Source: Prasinococcaceae sp. CCMP 1430
Taxonomy: Eukaryota > Plantae > Prasinodermophyta
Assembly (NCBI GenBank): GCA_013416795.1
Contig: RQSC01000028.1
Location: 1,038,219 to 1,102,218 of the forward strand
Length of the DNA stretch: 64,000 nt
Direction of reading: 5' to 3'
In this document: positions 1 through 12,088 of the stretch, in pieces
Position numbering within the stretch: the stretch's first letter is position 1
Layout: each line of letters starts with the position of its first letter
The notes under the pieces: model-generated
What the model was told of the DNA's origin: nothing
The model's input: the letters and a program-made list of their open reading frames with translations, nothing else
The model's database searches: none
Position numbers and translations under genes: made by a program

Positions 1-583
1 AAACAGATCGGAAACGACGGATGGTTCTTAATTTCGACCGCGGCGGCCCGCGAAACACAAAAGAAAAAAGATCTCGCGGCCAGAGCGCACGCGTGGCACG
101 AGCCCCCCACCGAACTCCAACTCCGCCATGTTCTTCAACCAGTGTGCACGGACGGGCCAGCCTGTAGATGCTCCCCGCTCCTTGCCCCCCCCTCGTGGGT
201 CTTCCCCCGGCCCCCGTGGGTGTTGCGGCCGCCACTCTTCGGGCCCCAAGGGGTGCGCGCCTGGGTTCAATCGTAACCTATCGCTGTCGACCGGGATGAC
301 CTGCCTGTGGCTCGACACGAACCGAACCCAAAGCTGGAATAACCCTACAAACAAACCTAAATCAGGCTCGAGCCTTAACCCAAACACAGCGCGCACGCGT
401 ACGCGGCTGCTCGCGGCGGCTGCGGCTGGCTGTGCCAGCTGCGAGGGCGCGCGGGCGGGACGGCGCGCGCCACAACGTGCGCGGGGGGCGATCTCGCTCC
501 TGGTCTCGGTCACGTTCGCGCAGACAGGGGGCCGCGCGTGCGCAGCACGCTTGGCAGGGCCAAGGCGGCCGCAGGCGGCTGCG

Positions 584-1159
584 ATGGGCGGCGGCGAGCG
601 CAAGCGTGCGCGCGACGATAGTGCGGAGGCACCCGCGCCCAAGACGCCCAAGACGCCCAAGGCGGTGAAGAAGGAGAAGAAGGAGAAGAAGGAGAGGAAG
701 AGCGAGAGGAAGAGCGAGAGGAAGAGCGAGAGGAAGAGCGAGAGGAAGAGCGACGCGAGTACGGAAAAGAGCAGAAAGAAGGGTGGCAGACAGTCAGTGG
801 CCGCGGAGGCCGCCGAGGGCGCGGCCGGTGGCGCGCGCGCTGCGGAGCGCCTTGAGGCGGACGCGCCCGGCGGCGCAGGCGGGGGCGAGCAGCAGCGGGA
901 GCGCCCGGGCAGCTTCAAGGAGCTCTACATGGACATGTTCACCGAGGAGTTCGGCGATGACCTAGACGCGCTGCGCAAGGCAGAGGCTGACGCGGCGACC
1001 GCCGGTAGCGGGAGCGGCCTGCGCGTGGCGGCGCTCGTGGCGGCCATCGAGGCAGGCGCGGATGTGTTCTCCCCTCTGGAGAAGCAGCTGTACGTCGACC
1101 ACCTACGACCCCCCACGCGCCGCGCCGCTCCAGCGGTGCACTCAAACGCGCTGCTGTGA
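584..1159 (+). CDS. Rsa3-domain (ribosome assembly protein 3-like) protein with a Lys/Glu-rich N-terminus
   Basis: ATG at 584, in frame with ORF 128..1159. The C-terminal FKELYMDMFTEEFGDDLDALRK...LVAAIEAGADVF resembles the Rsa3 domain pattern (F..YY...TEEFGDDLDKLR...LI.AL.QG..F). Confidence 0.65.
   Translation: MGGGERKRARDDSAEAPAPKTPKTPKAVKKEKKEKKERKSERKSERKSERKSERKSDASTEKSRKKGGRQSVAAEAAEGAAGGARAAERLEADAPGGAGGGEQQRERPGSFKELYMDMFTEEFGDDLDALRKAEADAATAGSGSGLRVAALVAAIEAGADVFSPLEKQLYVDHLRPPTRRAAPAVHSNALL
692..751 (+). repeat. Coding tandem repeat (GAGAGGAAGAGC)x5 encoding ERKS x5
   Basis: Read directly from the sequence. Confidence 0.95.
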
Positions 1160-1333
1160 GCCCTTGTGCCCGCGTGCGCCCCGGCCCACCGTGTAATCCC
1201 GATTGTGACAATGTGACGAGATTTCTAAAGATTAGATGCGACGGAATGCGGGGGTGTAGCTATTCACCGCGCACCCGTCCTCTCTCTACCAGAGAGCCCC
1301 AGAGGGCGCGCGACGTTCACGCGCTGCCGCCGC

Positions 1334-3819
1334 TCAGGTTTTGCTGATCCAGTCGCTCTCGCTCACGAGGCTCTTCTCCATGCCGACGGCGCTGGCTGGC
1401 CTTGAGAGGTGCTTGACCTGCGCCGCAGCAGGCATCTTGGACTGGTTGAGGAAGCGCTTGAGCAGCTCGTCGAGCTGGTCGGGGTCCTGTTCGCGGTCCT
1501 TGCCCAGCTGCTCGAGGTTGCTCAGGCGCTCCAGGTTGCGCTTATGGATCAGGTCGAGGTTGATGCTCTGAGGCGTCTGCGCACCGCTGGGCAGCTCGTC
1601 GCGCTGCGCTCGCGCGTCGACGCTCGCCGCGTCTTTCACGCTGTCGCCCAGAGGGGGCAAGTCGAGCGAACCCAGGCCGAGCGAGCCGGCTGACGTCCCG
1701 CGCGCGTCACCGTCACTCCCCTTGGCGGCCGGAACCTTGGGCGGGAGCGCGCCACCCTTCGTCGCCGCCTTCTTCGGAGGCGTCGTCGCCCTATTCACGG
1801 GGATGAGGGTCGACTCCGCGACCAGCGAGCGGGACGTCATGTTCACGTCGACCTCGCTGGGCTCAGTCGGTAGCGGCGCGAGGTTGACAAGGCCGCCCGA
1901 CTGCAATACTGCACCGTCATGTCCATCTGACGGCAGTGGCCGCTCACTGGCAAGCGCGCGCTCCGCCGGCGCGCGCTCTGGCTCCCGCGCCTCATGCTCG
2001 GGTGCGGCAGCCGCTGCGTCGAACGGAATGGTGTCCCTGAGCCTTTCCGGCAGCATTCGCATCTCGCTGCGCATCTCGGCAGCGGCCGCCAGCATGTCCT
2101 CCCCGTACTTCTCGCGGTGCTCGCGGTCCCGCAGCGCCTCTCGCAGGTTTGCCGCCTCAATCTTGGCGCGCTCTGCGCCCGCCTCGGCTTCCATTGCTTG
2201 GGAACGCAGCACGTTGACCTGCTCCATTTGCTCGGTCATCGCCACACGCATGGCCTCCTGCTGGGCCTGAAACTCGGCCTTGATCTGTCCCATGATCTCG
2301 TCCACGGGGAGGGCAGCCGCCGCTGCCTGCGCGAAGCCCTTGGGATCGCCGGGATCGCGCTCGTCCATTGGCAGTTGGTCGGTCATGCCACCTACGCGCA
2401 TGTCTGGCGCCATGTTGAGCGGCGGTGGCTGCTGCAACGCTGGGTGCGGCTGAAGGGGTGGCGGATCGGCAGCCCGGCCAGGCACCTCGGGCTCGGGCGG
2501 CGGACGGTAGCCAGCCACCGCCGGAATCTCGTCATAGTCGGCGCCCGACGCTTCTGCGACGCGCTGCTGGTATGGCGGCGGTTTATGATGCGGCCTGGGC
2601 CCATCGGCCTGGAGGCGGTGCCGGTGCAGCCTCTCGTGTTTCCTGCGCCTGGCCTCCTCCTCCTCGCGCAGCTTTTGCTCCAACGCGTCGCGCTCCGGGT
2701 CATGCGTCACGACCGGCGTCGGCTCCTGGCCGAGCTGCAGCTTGGCGTCTCGCTTTTGCCTCTCGCGCTCCTGCTCGCGCTCGAAGACCTCGCGCATTTT
2801 CTGCTGCTCGCGCCGCAATCGCTCCTCCTCGCGAGCCTCCTCGGCACGCTCCCGCTCCTTCTCTGCCTTTTTCCTGCGGCGCTTCTCCTCGATCTGGTCC
2901 TGGAGGTCGCGTTGGATCTGCTCTGCCCTGCGCGCCTTCGCGTTCCGCTCCTCAGGCGTCAAGTAGCCGTACAGGTCGCGCAGGCCGTCATTGCGATCGA
3001 ACTTGCCGACGGCGTTGCCGCCAGGCACCTGCTGCTCGGCCTGTCCCTGCCACTGCGAGTAGTCCTGGCCACCATCAGGCGGGTATCCATCCCCGCCGTC
3101 GCCGCCGTAGTCCGGGGCGTCAGAGCCCTTCGGGCCCACGGCGCGGTTGTACGCACCAGGCTGGACGTCGGCAGGCATACCATCTACCGTGTAGCCAGCC
3201 CCCATGTTGTGCGCCTTCTGCAGCGCCTTCAGGTCGTTCAGGTCATTCACCACGTTGCCGCCGTCGTCCTTGAGCGGCGCTCCGCCACCACCGCGGCCCC
3301 AAGGGTTGTAGTTGGCGGCCTCGCGCGCCTTGCGCTCATCCGCAAGGCGCTCCTGCTTCTTTCGAGCGAGGTCGCGGTCTTTCTTCTCCTGAATCTGCTG
3401 TTGCAGGACGCGCGCGTAGTCGGCCTTCTTGGCGTCCTCGCGGGCCATCGCCGCCTGCGTCACGGGGTCGACCGGCCCACCGCGGCCGTAGGAGTGGTGC
3501 ACCAGCGCACCGCGGTAAGCGCCCAAGCTGTTGACGGCGCCACCCGTGCCCGCCCCGGGAGGAGGAGCGTACTGCTGCTGCGGTGGGGGCTGCTGCTGCA
3601 TGTGCTGCTGCTGGTGCGTCAGCTGCGGTGGACCCATGCCCACCATCATGCTCGGCTGCGGGAAGCCACCCGGCTGCTGCATCTGCTGCTGTGCGTGCAT
3701 CCCTGCCTGCGGTTGGCCGGCCTGCTGCATGTGCGGCGCATAGGCGCCGTACTGCTGCTGCTGCTGCTGCTGCTGAGGCGGCTCCACGTGCCGGTACATT
3801 TGCTGCTGCATGTCCGGTG

Positions 3820-3860
<41 letters not shown>

Positions 3861-4531
3861 CGCCATCCGCCAACCTGATCCCGCCCACCGCCCGGGGCCC
3901 ACGCGTTGCCCCCACCAGCTCCCCCGCCCAGTGGCGGGGGAGGGAACGCCTCCTCGCCGCCCATGCGCTGCTGCAGGAGCTCACGGCTGCGCGCGCGCGC
4001 GGCGTCGTCCTGCCGCTGCTTTGCAGCCGCGCGGTCCGCAATCTGCCGCTCCAGGTCGATAGCATACTGGCTCTTCTGCTTGGTGCTCGCGAGCGACCCC
4101 TGGCCCTCGCCGCCGCTCCCCAGAAGGCTGGCCACGTGGTCCTCGTGCCCCGGCGCGGCGTTTGGAGGCGGCTGGATGTAAGCAATCGCGCCGCCGCCCC
4201 CGATGCCACCCCCGCGCCTGGATGACTTCTGCTCGGCCTCAGAGGCCATCTTGTTCCTGAGGAACTCGTTGTACTCCCTCGCTCGCTCGCTCCGCAGCTG
4301 CTGCGCGCGGTTCTCGGCGCGCGCGCCAAAGCCGCTCAGGAAGCCACCTCCGTCCCCCGCGCCCGCGTCCGCGAAACGAAGCTGCGAGCCTGCCGCCGGC
4401 GGCAGCGCTCGCTGCTGCGCCTGCGCCTGCTGGTGCTGTTGGTGCTGCTGGTGCTGCTGGTGCTGCTGCGCGGCGGGCGCGGCGCCGGCAACCATGCGCT
4501 CGCGCACCTTCGCCTCCCACTCGACGTCCAT
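1334..4531 (-). CDS. CSPP1/CCDC66-like centrosome/cilium coiled-coil protein with polyQ tracts
   Basis: The motif YARVLQQQIQEKK...YNPWGRGGGGAPLKDDGGNVVNDL matches the CSPP1/CCDC66 signature. Repeated charged coiled coils. ATG at 4531 (MDVEWEAK). Confidence 0.75.
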
Positions 4532-4697
4532 CGCGGAGGGCCGGTGGGCCCCTGCGCGCGGCCCTCTTGATTCTCGCCGCCGCGTGTCCGGCCCGCAGGG
4601 TGGACTCCGCGGCGGCAGGAGGGGGGTGGGGGGAGGAGGGGCGGTCCGGCCGCGCGGTCCGCTGGATGCGACCCGCCGGCGCCCGCCGCGAGGGCGC

Positions 4698-5120
4698 NNN
4701 NNNNNNNNNNNNNNNNNNNNNNNNNNNNNNNNNNNNNNNNNNNNNNNNNNNNNNNNNNNNNNNNNNNNNNNNNNNNNNNNNNNNNNNNNNNNNNNNNNNN
4801 NNNNNNNNNNNNNNNNNNNNNNNNNNNNNNNNNNNNNNNNNNNNNNNNNNNNNNNNNNNNNNNNNNNNNNNNNNNNNNNNNNNNNNNNNNNNNNNNNNNN
4901 NNNNNNNNNNNNNNNNNNNNNNNNNNNNNNNNNNNNNNNNNNNNNNNNNNNNNNNNNNNNNNNNNNNNNNNNNNNNNNNNNNNNNNNNNNNNNNNNNNNN
5001 NNNNNNNNNNNNNNNNNNNNNNNNNNNNNNNNNNNNNNNNNNNNNNNNNNNNNNNNNNNNNNNNNNNNNNNNNNNNNNNNNNNNNNNNNNNNNNNNNNNN
5101 NNNNNNNNNNNNNNNNNNNN
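4698..5120. other. Assembly gap (N run) at a divergent promoter
   Basis: N run read directly. Confidence 1.
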
Positions 5121-5648
5121 GGCGCCGGCGGTGGTCCGGGCGGGCGCACGCACCGCAGGGGCCCGGGCAACAGCGGCGGAGGCGACGTCGCCTTCTCGCG
5201 CACGCGGCGGGGCGCGCTGACGCTCGACGAGGTGCACGTGGCCTATCTGGACGCGGTCGAATCCGCACAGGGCCATCGCGGCGTGGCGCTCGCGACGGTC
5301 ATTAACGATGCGGGCTCGCGCGCTGCGGACGAGGGCGGCGCCGATGAGGTGTTCAACACGCCAAGGTGCGCCGTGCGGAGCTCTCCGGGTTCGCCCAAGG
5401 GCAAGAAGAGAAAGGTGCGCCGACCAGAGCGACGCTTGGGCGCGCGGCGTCATGCGCCGTCTTGCGTGCTAACCCGCCACGTCGCTTTCGCCTAGGTCGA
5501 GGTCGAGCTCGAGATGCCGGAGGGATACTGGGAGAAGCTCTCGTCGTTCTGCGAGCAGCACGGAGTCGCGGATCCCGGCAAGGCAGCGCGCGTCGTTGTC
5601 GACTGGGCGAGGGACAGGGACGCTGGGCGAACCTCACAAGAGAGCTAG
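5121..5648 (+). CDS. Small hypothetical protein with two similar helical modules; 5' end lies in the gap
   Basis: An exon ending ...VFNTPRCAVRSSPGSPKGKKRK is joined by intron 5415-5495 (GTGCGC...GCTAAC...TAG, phase 0) to VEVELEMPEGYWEKLSSFCEQHGVADPGKAARVVVDWARD...TAG. Confidence 0.6.
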
Positions 5649-5989
5649 CTGGTGAGATATCGATTGAGCGAGCAAAGCGCTGGTTTGCTCGCTTCTCCCC
5701 GCTGGCCGCACGTGCAGCGTGCTTAATACCAACGAAGGCGCACACTCGGCCGTTGCCGATCGTGCACGCATCGCGCGTCGGACCGTCTGCGCGGGCTGCC
5801 TCTCTGCCGCAAAGTTTAGGAGATATGCCAGCAGAGACCCAGCGGCGCGCACCGCGCGCACCCACATCCGCGCTTGTCACTTGCGCGTCGACGACAAAAA
5901 AGGGAATTACAAGAGGCCTCTCACGACGGCGCGTGGCGTGCTTGAGTACAGGGTGTGAACAGACAGAGGGTGCTTGCCGGACGTGGAGC

Positions 5990-6750
5990 TCACCCTCGTA
6001 GCCCAATGTAGGCCCATAGGCCCATGCCGCCGCCGCCTCTATCGCCACTGCAGCTGTCGGGGTCGCAGCCCATGCCGTTGAAGTTGGCGAGCTTGAAAAT
6101 CACGTCGCGTTCGTTCTCGATGTCGTCGAGGGCATCAGTGGTAGCCTCTGGCACGGTGAGTGCCTCGGCGGCCATCGTCGCGCACGTGGCGGTGTTGCGC
6201 GGTGTGTCACCGTCCTCTTCTGCCGCGACGAACGTGCGCGCGACGCGCAGGCCGCCGTGCAGCGAGCCGCCGAGTGCGCCTGCGCCAACGCGGCTCATCG
6301 CCCAGAGCGCAGCGTGCCGGTCTGGAGCTGCGTCGGTTTCCCGCGGCGCCCTCCCCGCATCGCTCCGCCCGGCGACCGGCACACCCGCGTGCTGCATGCC
6401 GGCGGCCTCGACGCGCCGCCCGGCGTCGACACTCTGCGCGGCAGGCGCCCGGGCGTAGCCCATGCTTGTGCCCCCGCCGCCGCCGCTGCCGCCTGCGAAC
6501 GGCGCCCGCCAGCTGCACTCTGCTCGCCGCCGCCGCGTCTGCCGCGCAATGCCGAGCGCAGTGGGTGCGTACGCGACCTTGGTTGCCAGCCCAAGTGTGG
6601 CACCCCCACCGGCGTCGTCGCTCAGCCCCACCACGAAAGGCCTTGCGTCCTGCAGCACATGTGTCTTGTCTTCGCGATCCCAAGGCATCACCGACGCAGA
6701 TCTGCCGAACGGGTCCTTGAAGTCGGCCGGCAGCCACGCCACGTTNCCCT
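5990..6750 (-). CDS. Hypothetical protein; exon boundaries unresolved
   Basis: Part of ORF 5990..6805 has a protein-like composition (NVAWLPADFKDPF...VIFKLANFNGMGC). No family recognised. Single N at 6746. Confidence 0.45.
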
Positions 6751-7735
6751 CATCCGCGCGCGCGCGCGAGGCGCCCGGCGGCGGCGCGCGTTTTCCGCAG
6801 CGCAATTTCGTTGCATGCCGTGGGAGGCGACCGGATGCGATGCGATGAATGAATTTTGCGCCCCGCGTGCGCAGCCGCGGCGCGATTTCGAGCGCGCGCG
6901 CGCCCTCAATGCCCCCGCGGCTGCCCAGTCAGCGCGCGCGCGGCCGCGCGCGTGCTGGCTGCCAGCACGTGCAGTGCGAGGGGCTCAGTCCGGTCGCGCC
7001 CTCGGTGTCTCCCTCTCATCCCTCTCACGACATCCGCAGGGCTGTGCGCATTGTCGACCGCTTCGTGCGCTCCGAGCGAGAGCAGAAGAGGACTGAGGAA
7101 TGCGGACCGCCGCGCGGCCGAGGCCGCGCGGGTGCTGAGCTGGCGGCGCGGCGCCGCCCGCACACCAACAGGCAGGAAGCCAGCGAGCCGGACCAGACCA
7201 GGTGTGGCATGCACACTCGAAACCGAGGTACCCGTACCTTGTCCCGTGGTACCAACCAACCAACCAACGACCAAGTTCAACCAACCAAGTCAACCCCCAC
7301 GAGTCAGAGTCACTCCTTTGATCCGCCGTAGTGGTAGTATGCAAAGGAGGAGGTGGGGACACCACGTGCGCGGGGGACGCATGCTTTTTTCGGTCGAAAT
7401 CAAAATCAGCAAGCGGCAAAGTGCTGCAAGTTGCGGGCGTCCCGCTGGCGGCGAGGGCGCGTGCCACAGCGCGCGTGCGGGCGCGAGTGCCGTGGGGCGA
7501 CCTCCCCACCCCCCCACCCCTGCACGCCCTCCCGCCTGCCGGCCCGCCCGCACCCTACTCCCGACCGCCCGAAAACCAAGGGCGGGGGAAATCTTGGTCC
7601 CGCCGCTGCGTTCCGCGTGCGCGCCGGCCGCCACGCGCCAGCTTGAGGGCCGCGACGCACGCAGGCGGGCGCGCGAGCTCGGCGCAAAGTCGGTGGTAGA
7701 GGCGACCTTGACGCCCGGGTGCTCACGCGAGCACC

Positions 7736-8943
7736 ATGCTCGTGGCGATCGGCACGTGCGTCGCTTCGCGTGCGATGGGCGCGCACCACCCTGCGCGCGC
7801 GCGGCGCCGCGGGGCGTATGCGTCCGCGCAGGCGCCGCGCAAAACGCCGGGCACGTCCGATGAGTACAACGAGATGATGAAGAAGGTGCGAAGGACGCAC
7901 ACGCGTCGTGATGGCGTTGATCGGCGTCTCTGCGCTTGGGTCCGCCTGCGTGCGCGCGGCTGACCTGTCCGCGCCGCCTCCCGGGATGCGTGCTCGAGCG
8001 CGCGACACAGGCGATGGCCAACCCCTACGAGTACCGCCACGAGGATGGCATATACTACACCGTCATGAATCCATCCCTAATCGTCGGCGGCCAACCGCAG
8101 AGCGCGGCTGACGTCGAGATGCTCGCGCGTGAGGAGGGCGTCACGCACGTTATCAATCTGCAGCAGGACAAGGACATCAAGTACTGGGGCATTGACTACA
8201 GCGAGATCTCAGACGCGGCCGCGCGTGAGCGCGTGGCCATCGTTCGACGCCCTGCGGTGGACTTCGATCCAAACTCGCTGCGAAGCATGCTGCCGACGGC
8301 TGTCGCGAGCATTGATGCGGCCGTATCCAGCGGTGGGCGGGCGTATGTGCACTGCACGGCGGGCCTCGGGCGTGCACCGGGCGTGAGTATCGCGTATCTG
8401 TACTGGTGTCAGAACATGACGCTCGACGGTGCGTCTGCACTCACGAGTGCGGCGCGAGGTTGCACTCCACATGCATGCCCCCCCCCCCCGCCGCTCCCTG
8501 CCACCCTATCTCTCTCGTGTTCGCGCATGTTCGCGCTCGTAGATGCGCTGACACGCCAGACGCCACCAATCATCGCAGAGGCGTACGAGTACCTCACGTC
8601 GCGCCGCCCCTGCGGCCCCAAGCGCGAGGCCATCCGCGGCGCCACGCACGACTTGCTCCGTGTCGAGGGTGCCGCCTCGGCGCTGGCGCACGCAAACTTT
8701 GAAGAGGCGCCGGCCGACGCCTTCGCTGAGCTCTCAGAGACAGACCGCGCTCTCATTTTGCGGAGGCTCAGGGCATCGCCAGAGGCTGCAGAGGTGCTGG
8801 TGGCGTCCGCGGACATTGAAGCTGCCCGCGCCGACGCGTACCAAGCCTTCGCCGCGGCCGACTCCACGCCCTCGCGCCAGGACGACAGTGGCAGGCTGGG
8901 CAGCCTGCTAGGCAGGCTCTTCGGCGACAAGCGCGATGTTTGA
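7736..8943 (+). CDS. LSF2: Phosphoglucan phosphatase LSF2-like (dual-specificity phosphatase, starch degradation)
   Basis: Exons 7736-7885, 8011-8428 and 8579-8943. Spliced product contains EYNEMMKKAMANPYEY, NLQQDKDIKYWGID, catalytic VHCTAGLGRAP and RPCGPKREAIRGATHDL. There is no CBM. The N-terminus resembles a transit peptide. Confidence 0.9.
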
Positions 8944-10496
8944 GCGCGAGGCGGCCGAGCCGGCCTCGCGTAAAATTCGAGCGTATCTTTGTTCTGGACA
9001 GTCCTAGCACTCGGGCTGGCTGGTGCTCCGCCCCAGCCCCAGGGCCGGTCAGGTTGGCATCCGACCGGGTCTATCCTTGCAAGACCCGCAATATCAACCG
9101 CAACCTCGCGCTCAGTCCGTGTTCGACACGGGCGGACCCGGGATCGGCGGCGCGGGCGTCCCCCCCGCCGCGCCGCGCGCCGTCATCCACAGAAAAGCCG
9201 CGCCTCGGAATTTCGGCGCGGTACCTTCCCGCGATACCTGTGCGGTCGCATATTTCGGAGGTCCTTACGGGCGCGTGTTTCGCGCCGGCGTTTCCGGAGG
9301 CGCCCCGCGGTCGCGCCACACGCGCTCCCCCGATCCGCACCGCGCGTGATGCCGCGCGCACCGGCGACGCGCCCCCTGCGGTCCTGCGCAATTCATAAAT
9401 CAAAAGACAAGTCTTACGACTGGAGGGATTCCAATGGAATCCTATTTTTTTTACGAATCAAGGCAGGCGCAGCACGCGGCGGCGGCGTGCGCGCGCGGCG
9501 CGCGCGCGCCGCTCGCGCCGGCGATCCTGAGCGGTGAACGAGGGGAGGGTGCCACTCTGGTTGGGGGGCCTCGCGGCGTCGTCGGGGCGCTACGCTGCGC
9601 TGCCACCGCGGCGGCGGAGAGGGAGGTCGAGGAGACGCAATGGCGTGCGCGATGGGCGCAGCGGCGCGCGCGGCCGCGCGCGCGCCTGAACTTACACGAC
9701 CCTGATCCATATGTAAGTCGTCTGCAAAGGATTTATCGCGGGCGCCGCCGTTTCATCCTTTCGGTGTCTGCGGAAGGCCGTCCGAATTCTCACACCGCGC
9801 TTTTCAGTCGCGTCAAGTCTGTGGTGCCACAGGGAACGGCGGTGTAGAAATGTGCGGAGGCAATAAGATGAAGACGCGTCGCCGGCCGCCGCGCGCGCGC
9901 GCGTGGCGCGCGCGCGGACCGATCGGGGAACGCGCGCGCGACCGTTCGGGGAACCGCGCATTGGAAATCATACACTGTACGCATTCCAACGTCCACAGAC
10001 AGGGCATTTTCACACCCTGCAGAGCAGCCACATTCATACGTACTCATCGGACGCGATGGACCTGGAAAAATCGGTTGGAAATCCACGCGCACGTGGCCTT
10101 CCACCCACGCACCGACCGTCGGCCGGCCCTCGTGCGACGCTCGCGGGCGATCGCGCTCCTGCGTACAACACGCTCCACCGGCTCGACGACAGAGCACCGG
10201 GCTGCGCGATGCGAGCGAGGCTGGGGCGCGCGCGCGCGGCGCCGTTGTGAGGAGGTTGTTATCGTATCTATCGCATCCCGCAGAGTTCCTCCTCGACCAC
10301 CCCACCCCCCAACCAGCTGTCTGTGCACTGCACTGCACGTGCGCGCTGCACACCACGTGCGGGGCGACGCAAGCGGGCGCGGTCCACCGGCTACTGATGT
10401 GGATCGCTTGGACGGCGTCGCGGCGCGCGGCGCGCGGCGCGCACCCCCCGCACGACTCGCTCGTTGTGCGCGCGCGCCCGCCCGGCCGCGGCCGGA

Positions 10497-11877
10497 TGGC
10501 GGCGCGGTCGGTCGGGGAACAACGCGTCCAACCAACGCACGGGCTCACCATCACATCAACAGGGTGGCGTCCAGCCACGCCCGCACACCAGCCAGCACAC
10601 GGCAGGCCGTCGCGTCACGTGCCCGTGACACCGGCGGGGCCCCGCGCCCCTGCCACAGGAACGCCCTGCGCCTGCGCCGCCGCGCCGCCCGCCCACGCCT
10701 TCCTAGGCTTCGGAGAGAAGGAGCCCGCGGCGTGGGAGCGCATCCCGCTGCCCATCGAACCTGAGGTCGTGCTGCTCGACATCGCGTTCGTGCCAGACGA
10801 GCCGAACCGCGGCTATCTGCTCGGCACGCGTCAGACGCTACTCGAGACGGTCGATGGCGGGCGCACCTGGGACAGCATCCCCATCCCGGGCACCGAGGAG
10901 GGCTTCAACTACCGCCTTACCTCGCTGGCTTTCAGTGGCAGCGAGGTGCGTGTGCCTTGAAGGCTGCTTCGGCGCTCGCGCGCGCTCGCCACTCGCCGGC
11001 ACCGGACGCGCGCGCGCATGACTGGCCCATCTGACCGCGACCCCCCCCCTCCCCTCCCCCAATCCCTCGCGCGCGTCGGCGCGTTTGCGCGCGCAATTGC
11101 CTTTCTCGCGCTTCTGTGCGCGCGCGTCTGCAGGGCTGGATCATCGGCTCGCCTGCGATCCTGCTCCGCACGACCGACGGCGGCAGGAACTGGTCGCGCA
11201 CGCCGCTGAGCGCGCGGCTGCCGGGCAAGCCGATCGTTGTGACCGCGCTGGGCGAGGGCCTGGCGGAGATGACCACCGACGAGGGCGCCATCTACACTAC
11301 CTCGGACGCGGGGCTAAACTGGAAGGCGCAGGTGCAGGAGACCGTCGAGGCGACGCTCAACCGCACGGTGTCCTCGGGCATCTCGGGCGCGTCATACTAC
11401 ACGGGCAGCTTCCAGAATATGGCGCGCAACGCCAAGGGCGAGTACGTCGCCGTGAACCAGCGTGGCAACTTCTTCCTCACGTGGTCGCCCGGCGACGCCT
11501 ACTGGACGCCGCGCAACCGCAACTCGGCGCGGCGCATCCAAAACATGGGCTGGACGCCCGACGGCGGTCTGTGGATGACCACGCGCGGCGGTGGCATCTT
11601 CTACAACCAGGGAGGCCTGTCGGAGGAGTTCGAGGAGCGTCGCATCGCCGCGCGCGGCTACGGCCTGCTCGACATCTCTTACGCCGACGAGGACACCGCC
11701 TACTGCGTGGGCGGCAGCGGGTCGCTCTTCAAGTCCACCGACAAGGGCAACAAGTGGACTCGGGAGAAGACCGAGGGCAAGGTCGGCGCCAACCTCTACG
11801 ACGTCAAGTTCGCGCCCGATGGCACGAAGTACGTGCTGGGCAACGCTGCGGTGCTGCTGCGCTCCACGGGCTACTAA
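10497..11877 (+). CDS. HCF136: Photosystem II stability/assembly factor HCF136/Ycf48
   Basis: Motifs WERIPLP...LLDIAFVPDEPNRGYLLGTRQTLLETVDGGRTW, intron 10946-11133, then GWIIGSPAILLRTTDGG and RRIQNMGW. The start codon is uncertain. Confidence 0.93.
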
Positions 11878-12088
11878 GACGCGCGGGCGAGCGCGAGCGA
11901 AGGCTAAGCTAAGGGATCGTGCACCACATGTATCGAAAATAGTATGATCGTTGGCTACGCTGCCTACCCTAGCTCTTTTGCGAAATCAGCCGCGCACTAT
12001 GTGAGCTCCTGTGCGTGCACGCGCGCGCCCGAGCTCCGCACATACCCGCGGCGAAAGACTCTGTGCGCAGGACCGGCGGGGCGAGGAG

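Noticed and set aside
9426-9452. Rho-independent terminator (hairpin + T8)
   Set aside because: The context is eukaryotic nuclear with no bacterial operon. It is kept only as part of the ncRNA-candidate interval.
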